Of a stretch of DNA of 64,000 nucleotides, positions 1 through 9,613 are shown in pieces. The DNA comes from Antechinus flavipes (taxonomy: Eukaryota): NCBI RefSeq assembly GCF_016432865.1, contig NC_067399.1, forward strand, positions 678,590,001-678,654,000, read 5' to 3'. Under the pieces are notes generated by a model. The model saw only the letters and a program-made list of their open reading frames with translations. It was not told the DNA's origin and did not search any database. How positions within the stretch are numbered: position 1 is the stretch's first letter; every line of letters starts with the position of its first letter. Position numbers and translations under genes: made by a program.

Positions 1-497
1 CTGTCAAATGTCAAGACAACCTTCAACAATGAAAGGCTTTCAGGTTCGTGGGACTGACCCTTAGAAACCCAAAGCTACCTCTGGGGACCCTTCATCCAGA
101 CCCTGCCCGAAGGCAAATGGGTGTCTCGGATTCCTGAGCTCCCCAGGGAAGGGGATTTCCCCCACCTACCTCCTCTAGCATCGAATTCCTTTAAAGAACA
201 CAGATTTGTGTTGGGAGATGACAGTGACTTGGCCAGCAACCATCGGACATATTTATGGATACATTTGGACCAAAAAAGATCAGCTTGCCACCTGCCACCT
301 CCAAAGCAATCTCTGCTAAATACCAGTAGGGATCAACCGGTGAGATAGGGCACGTCTAATTGTGGATGGCTTTCTGATATTCAGAAATATGGTAAAACCA
401 TATTTGGGTAAAAATTTGGCCTTAAGCCTCGCTGGGAATTGTCCTCAACTTTTCACATTTGGGGATGTAATTCAAGGTACGAAAAATCATTCAAACA

Positions 498-1125
498 ATT
501 TAATTTTAAAAAAAATTATAGCTTTTTATTTACAAGATATATGCATGGGTATATTTTTCAGCATTGATAATTGCAAAACCTTTTGTCCCAATTTTCCCCC
601 TCCTTCCCTCAGATGGCAGGTTGAACAATACATGTTAAATATGTTGAAGTACAAGTTAAATACAGAATATGTATACATGTCCATACAGGTATTTTGCTGT
701 ACAAAAAGAATCAGACTTTGAAATAGTGGACAATGAGCCTGTGAAGGAAATCAAAAATGCAGGTGGACAAAAATAGAGGGATTGGGAATTCTACGTAGTG
801 GTTCCTAGTCATCTCCCAGAGTTCTTTTGCTGGGTGTAGCTGGTTCAGTTCATTACTGCTCTATTGGAACTGATTTGGTTCATCTCATTGCTGAGGATGT
901 CCATCAGAATTGATCATCATATAGTCTTGTTGTTGAAGTAAATAATGATCTTCTGGTCCTGCTCATTTCACTCAGCGTCAGTTCCTGTAAATCTCTCCAG
1001 GCCTTTCTGAAATCATCCTGCCGATTATTTCTTATAATAATATAATACAATATATAATTAATTATAATACAATAATATTCCATAATATTCATATACCATA
1101 ATTTATTCAGCCATTCTCCAACTGA
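498..1125 (-). mobile_element. L1 LINE 3' fragment (ORF2 C-terminus, 3'UTR, tail), marsupial type
   Basis: ORF 904..1152(-) reads GEWLNKLWYMNIMEYY...WRDLQELTLSEMSRTRRSL, the L1 ORF2 C-terminus. The 3'UTR parallels that of the L1 at 23.0-23.35 kb. Confidence 0.9.
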
Positions 1126-1339
1126 TGAGTTTGTGAGTTCACTCACAAACAATTTAAATATAGCAATCTTTCAATTACCATCGAATGAAGCTGGCTCTGT
1201 GGACTGCAGTTCACAATTCTGGCCTTTATGGGAAGCATCAATCTGATACTAAGCCTGCCACAGGACCATTCTACAGAAGGGAGAGTTCAGGACTTGAGAT
1301 CAATCACAAGATGAGATATAGAGGGGAGAGGTATCTAAA

Positions 1340-2300
1340 TGAGTCCAACTCCCTCAACTATTTTTTTTTCCAGATACATGTAAAAACTTTTTTTTTTTTT
1401 TTTTTGCTTCTACATGTACACTTAAAAAAAAATTCCTTATGAATTATGTTGGGAGAAAAAAAAAACAGAATGGGAAAAACCATGGGGGGGGGGGAAGAAA
1501 AAACAGGAAAAAGAAAAGAAAAAGTGAACATGTGTTGATTTACATTTAGACTCCATTGTTCTCTCTCTGAATATGGATGGGATTTTCCATTCAAAGTTTA
1601 TTGGGATTGCCTTGGATCACCGAACTGCTGAGAAAAACCAAGTCTATTATAGCTGATCACTGCACAATCTTACTATGTATAATGTTTTCCTGGTTCTGCT
1701 TGTTTCACTCAGTATCAGTTCATGTAAATCTTTCCAGGCCTTTCTAAAATCTGTTTTTTTTTTTTTTTTAAATAGAACAAACATTGCTTTCATATGCTAT
1801 AGCTTATTCCATTCCCCAATTGATGGGCATCTATTCATTTTCCAATTCTTTGCGACCACAAAAAGAACTGCTACATTTTTGCACATGTGGGTCCTTTTTG
1901 CTCTCATGATCTCTTTGGGATACAGACCCAATAATGGCACTGCTGGATCAAAAGCTGTTCGCAGTTTGATAATCCTTTGAGCATAATTTCAAATTGCTCT
2001 CCAGAGTGGTTGGATCATTTCACAATTCCACCAACAATGTAAGTGTCTCAGTTTTCTCCACATTTCCTCCAATATTTATCATCTTTTTCTATCATCTTAG
2101 CCAATTTGACCTCAGAGTTGTTTTAATGTGTATTTCTCTAATCAGTTATTTAGAGCATTTTTATATAACTGTAGATGACTTTAATTTCTTCAACTGAAAA
2201 TTGTTCACATACTTTGAACTTTGATCATTTATCAATTGGGGAATGACTTGTATTCTTATAAATTTGATTTAGTTTTTTTATTTTAGAAATGAGGCCTTTT
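1340..2300 (-). mobile_element. Older L1, 3' half (continues at 4,563-5,250 after a nested insertion)
   Basis: T-rich tail, 3'UTR and decayed ORF2 motifs (ccaattgatgggcatc, ttagaaatgaggccttt) are colinear with the L1 at 23.5-24.05 kb. Confidence 0.85.
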
Positions 2301-2394
2301 ATTTTTTAAAATACATTTTTATATATTATATTTTTATAAACACTATATATTTATATTGTTATATAATATGTTATATATTTAAAATATATATTTT

Positions 2395-4560
2395 TAAATG
2401 TTACCAACAAAGTCCAACAGTAAGAGATACAAAGAGAAATCCCATTTAAAATAACTATATGTAAAATAGAATATTTGGAGTCTATTTGCCAAAACAAAGT
2501 CAGGAACTATATGAACACAACTACAAAACATTTTCCACACAAATAAAGTCATATCTAAACAACTGAAAAAATAATAACTGCTCATGGGTAGGCCAAGAGA
2601 ATATATTTAAAATGACAATATTACCTAAATTAATCTACTTATTTAGTGCCATACCAATCAAACTCCCAAGAAATTATTTTACAGATCTCGAAAAAATTAG
2701 TTTATCTGGAAGAACAAAAGATCAAAAATTTTAAGGGAATTAATGGAAAAAAATGCCAATGAAGACCTAGCTGTGCCAGACCTAAAGCTATATTATAAAG
2801 CAGTGGTCATCAAAACCACTTGGTACTGGCTAAGAAGCAGAGTAGTCAATCAGTGGAATAAGTTAGGATCACAGGACAAAATAGTCCATGACTATAGTAA
2901 TCTAGTGTTTGACCAACTCAAAGACCCCAGCTTTTAGGTTAAGAATTCACTATTTGACAAAAACTGCTGAGAAATTGGAAACTAATATGGCAGTAACTAG
3001 GCATTGACCCACACCTAATACCATATATATACCAGATAAAGTTGAAATGGGTTCATGATTTAGACATAGTGATATTATAAACAAATTAGAATATAGGATA
3101 ATTTACCTCTCAGATCTGTGAAGAAGGAAAGAATTTGTGGCCAAAGAAGAACTGGAATTCATTATTGATCACAAAATAGATAATCTTGATTATATTAAGT
3201 TAAAAAATGTTTTGTTCAAACAAAATATGGACGATTAGAAGAAAAGCAATAAACTGGGAAAACATTTTTACATTCAAAGGATCTGATAAAGATGTCATTT
3301 CTAAAATAGAGAATTGACTCAAATTTTTAAGAATTCAAGCCATTCTCCAATTGATAAATGGTCAAAAGATATGAATAGACAATTTTCAGATGAAGAAAAT
3401 GATGAAGAAAGATGAAGAAATTGAAACCATTTCTAGTCACTAAATCACTATATTTCAGTACTTGGACCATCCTTGTTTTCATACGTGTGAGACTTTGTAG
3501 ATGGTAGCACCTTCTCACCTTAGTAGGGAGCAGTAATAGCTCTTTCCTTCCAGCAGAGGTTTTCTTCATTTTTTCATTTCACTTTTTCTTCACTTGACTC
3601 TCTCAGAATAATGCTGTTATATATGTAAAATGAAAACGCATATTACAGAAAGGCACACAGTTATCAAAATATAAAGAGATCTGCAAATTAAGACAATTCT
3701 TAGGTACCACTACATAACTCTCAGACTGGCTAAGATGACAGGAAAAGATTATGATGAATGTTGGAAGGGATGTGGGAAAACTGGGACACTGATACATTGT
3801 TGGTGGAGTTGTAAACAGATCCAACTATTCTGGAGAACATTGTATATCTGTGCCCAAAGGGCTATCAGGCTGTGTATCCCCTTTGATCCAGCAGTGTCTC
3901 TACTGGGCTTGTATCCCAAAAAGATCTTAAAGGAGGGAAGGGGACTCACATGTGCAAAATTGTTTGTGGCAGCCCTTTTTGTAGTGGCAAGGAACAGGAA
4001 ACTTAGTGGATGACCATCAATTGGGGAATGGCTGAATAAATTATGGTATAGGAATGTTATGGAATATTATAGTTCTATAAAAAATGACCAGCAGGATGAT
4101 TTCAGAAAGACCTTGAGATGAACTGATACAAAGTGAAATGAGCAGAACCAGGAGATCATTGTACCCAAGAAGATTATATGATGATCAATTCTGATAGACG
4201 TGGCTCTTTCCAACAATGAGATGATTCAGGCCACTTCCAATGATCTTGTGATGATGAGAGCCATCTATACCCAGAGAGAGAACGGTGGGAACTGAATGTG
4301 GACACCACATAGCATTTTTACTCTTTCTGTAGTTTTTATTTTTTTTTCCTTTTTGATCTGACTTTTCTTGTGCAACAAGATACTTGTATAAATATATATG
4401 CATATGTTAAATTTAACGTGTTTTTAGCATGTTTAACATATATTGGATTATTTGCCATGTAGGGGAAGGGGTAGAAGGAAGGGGGGGGAATTGGAACACA
4501 AGGTTTTGCAAGGGTCAATGTTGAAAATTGAAAATACAAAGTTTTAATTTTAAAAAAAAA
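2395..4560 (+). mobile_element. 5'-truncated L1 (decayed ORF2, 3'UTR, polyA) nested inside the older minus-strand L1
   Basis: ORFs 2743..2937 (LAVPDLKLYYKAVVIKTTWYWL) and 3735..4013 (CWKGCGKTGTLIHCWW...CIPFDPAVSLLGLYPK) are L1 ORF2. A-tail at about 4,551-4,560. Confidence 0.92.
3451..3671 (+). repeat. ~220-bp non-L1 insert in L1 ORF2, paralogous to 6,031-6,330
   Basis: Interrupts L1 between ...aaatcacta and ...gcaaattaagac. Block 3,451-3,494 matches 6,031-6,074 at 39/44 nt; downstream blocks cagcagaggttttct and gactctctcagaat are also shared. Confidence 0.85.
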
Positions 4561-4562
4561 CA

Positions 4563-5250
4563 CTGGCTACAAAAAATTTCCCCCAGATTTCTTCCCTTTT
4601 AATCTAAGCTGATTGTTTTATTCATGCAATTTTAATGTAATCAAAGTTGTCCATTTTACACTTCATAATGTTTCTTCTTTCATAATTTCTTCTTTGGCCA
4701 TAAATTCCTCCCAATATCCCCTGCTCTCCTAATTTGCTTATACTATCATTCTTTAGTCTAATTCATGTAACCATTTTGATCTTATTTTGCTATGGGACCC
4801 GAGATGTAGATCTATGCCAAGTTTGTGACACAGTTTTTCCCAGTTTTCCCAGCAATTTTTGTCAGATACTGAGTTCTTTATCCAGAGGCTGGAGTTTTGA
4901 GTTTATCGAACTCTGGATTACTATAGGCATTGATTATTGTGTCATGTGTATCTAACATATTCCACTGGTTCACCATTCTATTTCTTAATCAATGCCTTAT
5001 AGTTTTGATGGGTGCTGCTTTATAATAGAGTTTTAGGTCTGGTACTGATAGGTTATCATCCTAGGAAGGATTTCCTAAATTTTTTTTTATCATTAATTCC
5101 CTTGATGTTCTTGACCTTTTGTTCTTCCAAATGATTTTTTTTAAGCTCTATAAAATAATTTTTTGGCAGTTTGATATGGCACTAAACAAGTAGACGAGAT
5201 AGAACTGGCATTTTTATTATATTAGTTTGGCCTACTCATGAGCAATTGAT
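4563..5250 (-). mobile_element. Older L1, 5' continuation of the 1,340-2,300 element
   Basis: Resumes the L1 ORF2 antisense sequence right after gaggccttt (cactggctacaaaaaatttcccccag...aatgtaatcaaa), colinear with 24,050-24,600. Confidence 0.8.
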
Positions 5251-5549
5251 ATTTTTCCAGTTGTTTCAGCCCCCTCACTTTAAAATGAAGAAACAAACCC
5301 AGAGAGATGAAGGGCTTCCCCCAGTCAGAGTTATTTGTAATTTTAATTTTTTGTCAATGAACAAAAATCTATTTTCTTTGCTGTACCCATTAAAAAGAAA
5401 AACTCAGCTTGTAACAGATAGTCAAGCTAAACTAATTTTCACATTAATCACGTCTCCCCAAAATGAGATCTCATTCTGTGCCTTAAAGTCAGTCATTCTT
5501 ATTATTCCTTTACTATTATTTACTATTATTATTCCATTACTATTCAATA

Positions 5550-5650
5550 AACATTTCTGAAGCATTTATTGAGCATCAGGATGTGGGCCAAACACTGAGC
5601 TTCCAATATAAGCAAAAAGATAGTCCTTTCGAGAAGATAATACAGAAAAG
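5550..5650 (-). mobile_element. L2 3' tail
   Basis: aagcatttattgagca...tgtgggccaaacactg is the typical antisense L2 terminus. Confidence 0.6.
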
Positions 5651-6177
5651 GGCCTGAAAAGAAGGGAGGCAGTAGCGGGAAAAGGAAATGCCCAGTGGGG
5701 GTGCAGCACATTAGGCTTGGAGAATGAACTAATCTTGGTCCTTCAAAGCAGAGGTTTCAGGAAAACTTGGCAGTGGGAGAAAGAAGCCCAAGGGGTTCTT
5801 CAACTCTTTGGCAGGAGGCAGATGGCAATGGCTAAGGCCTTTCGAAAGCTTAATGTAATACCCATTTCTCTCTGCTCTCCACAGGTCTGAAGTCACTCTT
5901 GTCAGACTGGTTTTCTCCTCCTTCCTCAGACCCAACCTGTCCAAGCCTGCCCCGGGGGTTTTATGCAGAGGCTCCCCCCCACCTCAGTGCCCCACTCTTC
6001 CTACTGGAAGAGACACCAGATACGAATCCCTATTTCAGCCCTTGGACCAGCCTTGTTTTCATAGGTATGAGACTCCATTTGTGGCAGCCCTTTTTGTAGT
6101 GCCAAGGAACAGGAAACTTAGTGGATGCCCCTTCTCGCCTTGGCAGGGAGCAGCTCTTTTTTCCAGTTTCTTTCCAG

Positions 6178-6350
6178 CAGAGGTTTTCTCCAGTTTTTCA
6201 TATTCTCGTTCCCTCTGGCCAGCTCTGGGATTCCTGTGGACTCTCTCAGAATGATGCTGTTAAATACGTAAATAAAAACGCATTCTACTACAAAGTTACC
6301 AACATGCAAAACATACAAGTCCACAACAGGTCCCAGGGAAAGGATCTCTC
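6178..6350. mobile_element. Degenerate hAT-Charlie-type MITE
   Basis: cagaggttttc...ctctggc...gactctctcagaatgatgctgttaaatacgtaaataaaa...caaag resembles, from memory, a therian hAT MITE (ttctcagaataatgtttttaaatgcataaaataaaa...). Subfamily not assigned. Confidence 0.6.
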
Positions 6351-7135
6351 ATCTTCAAGTTTCCATTTAAATGCTCTTCACAGACAGGGTTTCATTCAGG
6401 CTGCACAGCCCTGGGACAGCCGTGCTACAGGGATTGTGAATCTCCATGGAAAGATGGGAGAGACCCAAAGAGAGGCCACAGGATTTCCCAGTGTTGTAAG
6501 GAAGGGCCCAAATTTGATCTCTTCCCACAAAAAAAAAGTATCTGAGAATGACCCCAACAGCCATCTTACCTCTGGGAGCTTAACCTAGCTATTCTTCCGA
6601 GAAATGTAGGAAGGGGCAGAGGCCCAAACTGCCCCTGCCTCCCCCCCCAAAAAAAAACTTCCAAATAAGTCTCTGCCTGTCCGGTCCTGAACCCTAGGCT
6701 TGGAGAGTCTCGGCCTGGAGGACCTGGGCCCATCTCTACCACAGCACGAAGACCTCTGGGAGGGGAGTCCTGGAGAGAATCAACCCAAGAGTGTAAAAAT
6801 GGAGCTTGAACTAAAACAGAATCTGGTTAAGTTGTGACGAGGGGCAGCAGTCTGGGGGAAACTCCCTTCTGAAGGAGGGCGAAGTTTTATGACATCCCTG
6901 TCCCTTAACCACGGGGCCCTTAGGGCTGCAAAGAGAGGATGTCCCATGACATGTAGGGTCTCCTTCCGGCTGGGAAGTGGACGAGCCCCCACTTTTCTAA
7001 AACGTGCAGAGGAGAGATGGTGCCCTCTGGCGACCACAGTGGTTCCCAGCAGCCTTTGTGGATGGAGGCTGATCCAGGTAAATCTGGGCCGAAGCATTCT
7101 GAGCAGGGATCGGTCAAAGCCGTGTTTTAGGAATT

Positions 7136-9613
7136 TCACCCGTATGGGCAAGATGGATTGATGAGGGTAAAGATTAGAAAGAGGGAAAGCGATCGGATGG
7201 GTGCGATCCAGGGGAGGAGGAGGAGGAGCTGAATTTGGGGAGGAGCCATGTGAGAAGGGAAAAAAGGTGGATGGGATAGATGTGGTGGAGAAATAACTGG
7301 CCACGTATGGCTTGGAGTGGGGAGAGACTCCAAGGCTTTGAACTTAAGGAACCTGCAGCTAATAAAACAATAATGATATTGCATTTTATTTTAAGATCTG
7401 CTTTGTGGTCATGGTCAAGAGATCCCTGGGACCCCGCAGTTTCAGTTGAATAGGGAGGGGCAGCGAGATGCTTTTATTCTCCTCAGTTTACATCTGAGGA
7501 AAATGAGACAGAGACATTGAGTGACCTGCTCAGGATCGAGCAGCTGGTGACTGTTTGAGGTTGAATTTGAACTTGGGGATGGACAAATGCTCTAGGAGTT
7601 TGGTTACAAAAGGGAAGGTTGGAAGCTTGAGGAGTGAAGGCTGTTGAAGGATGTAGGGGAGGCTAGGCAGGTTTCTGGGAAGCAAGTCAGGAGTTAGGAG
7701 ATAAAGCTGAAAATGAGGGGACAGTCAGAGAAAGGGGCCCATGGAGACGGAGGGAGGGGGAGGTCCCAGCTCCGAGGCAGAGGCGAGCTGTGCGATGGGG
7801 GCCTTTCTCCATCATTATTTAGCATATGCAAAGTAGTTGATGGGGGTGATTGTGGGTCAGAGGTTGGCAGGGTAGGAGAGGTGACAGATGAATGAGAATA
7901 TCACGGGAAGACAGCAGTGGACAGCTGACATGGTCCGCCATAGGGTCAGGACAGTGGATAAAGTTCAGTCTGAGAAGGGCTGATGATCTTGGAAAAAGCC
8001 TCTGGGACTTGAGGTGATCGTGACGGGAAATAATGAGCCAAGGAGGAGGAGGGAGGCAGAGAGATGAGGAAGGACAGGTTATGGTCAGTGAGGAAAAACG
8101 AAAATTCAGCCTCACAGAAGTAGCCTCTTCACGGGGATGGAGACGAAGAGGACTTTAGTGAGCACAGAGTGGGGTGCCAGGTTCCGATGGACTGAGCGGG
8201 GCTCGGCCTGAGGTCAGGAGAGAATGAGAGAAGAAACGTCCTCCGTCAGCCGGTGGGCACTTACCTTGTGCCACATACTGTGAGCTCGCGGAGTTCATGT
8301 TTGAATGGGAAACATGGCGAGTAAAAATAACTGTACATAACAGAGTGTGGATGAAAAGTAACTTCAATAAAAGACAATTTGATCTCGGAAGATCCTGACT
8401 CAATCACAGGCCCGAGAGAAGCAGGAGGCAGGATCTTTTGGTGCTTTGATTGGTACCTCTAATCTCCAGTGTTTTAAGTCTGAGACCATTCTCCCCAGGA
8501 ACCAATGTGGGGGAAGAGAAATGCCTTGTAACTTCTGCCCTTGATATATCTTTGTAGTGAATATCTCTTAAAAACTAATTGATGTTAACTGATTAAATGA
8601 AACTTCGGCACTAATTACTAGTGGCTTCCACGGGGAAGAACACACTGAAAAGTGGCCTGGAGTGGATGGTATTAGAGACTCCTTGGAACTTAAAGGAGTG
8701 ATGTGGCCAGCCTCACTCTGGGAGAGTCACTACGTGTGGGAGCCTCTTGGAGAGATTCTCACCCAGGACTTTCATGATGGGATATCCTAGTTTTCAGTCA
8801 GTCGGTCAAGTCAATAAGCATTTATTAAGCGCCTCCAATTTGCCAGATACTGTGCAAAGTGCTGGGGATAAGGTAGTCCCTGGTCTCAAGGGATCTATTA
8901 GGGAAAAAATGGCAATTCCTTTTTCTTTCTTGTTTTGGATGGAATTACGCAGTTGTGTTTCCTGATCAGTTGTTACAGATGTTATTTCCAGATGTTTGTC
9001 TTTGCCGATTTGTCGCAGCTTTAAATACTGACACATGCTGTGTTATCGATCCGGAGGCTGACATGAGAAGCAAACTTTGTTTTATAAATGCTGGGGCCTA
9101 GTTACTGGCCTGGGCCTCGGGGGCCGGCCCTGTGGCTGTCCCGGGGAGCGGCCTTGTCCCCAGCAGAGGGGACGGGGAACGGGCCTCAGGAGGATTGTCC
9201 GTAGCCTCTTACAGTGATCTGAGCACAGGGACTCCCTATCTCCATATTGATGTCAGTGAAGCCCAGAGCAGTTCTTAGGCCGCTCATTCTTACTGGACCA
9301 AGCCCGGGACTCTTGGGAGGCAGCTCGTTTGTGCCACGGGGAGGGGGGACCTCGTCTGCCCAGCTTCTGCGCAAGAAAGGGGACGGGGCAGTCGCTCGGC
9401 ATAACACCTGAAAGGGGCAAGCCCTCGCCATTCCTCCGCACACCAGACACGAGGCTCTCGGGGAGAGAAAGGAGCCCCGAACGGAAGAGGAGGCCCGGGA
9501 GGAGCCCCGGGATCAGCCCTTACACTGGGAGGGGCGGCGTGCAAGACTGATGGCTCCCGGCTGGTCCTACCCATGACTGTGATGAAGAAGCAGAGATTGT
9601 GCAGCGAGCCCAT
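7136..9613 (-). CDS. Speculative 4-exon ORF (9613-9571, 9407-9294, 8394-8265, 7352-7136), 167 aa, hydrophobic N- and C-termini, no recognised homolog
   Basis: Kozak-like gaagATGG; GT-AG at all three introns; phases 1,1,2 join in frame; exons avoid the recognisable repeats. Assembled by eye, so selection bias is possible. Confidence 0.2.
7430..7585 (-). mobile_element. CORE-SINE (MIR/MAR1-like)
   Basis: tttacatctgaggaaaatgagacagaga...gtgacctgctcagg...gaatttgaac is the antisense CORE and B-box. Confidence 0.7.
7590..8110 (-). mobile_element. L2 ORF2 remnant
   Basis: Purine-rich antisense L2 pattern; the minus strand resembles decayed L2 ORF2 (ORF 7819..8115). Confidence 0.65.
8790..8900 (-). 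mobile_element. L2 3' tail
   Basis: agtcaataagcatttattaagcgcc...gccagatactgtgcaaagtgctggggata. Confidence 0.75.

Noticed and set aside
8265-9300. PLAC1/OOSP ZP-N, CUB, pentraxin or VGLL similarity of the peptides IGSPCAQ and ELTVCGTR
   Set aside because: Cys spacing and hydrophobic register do not align with those families; matches are only 3-4 residues.
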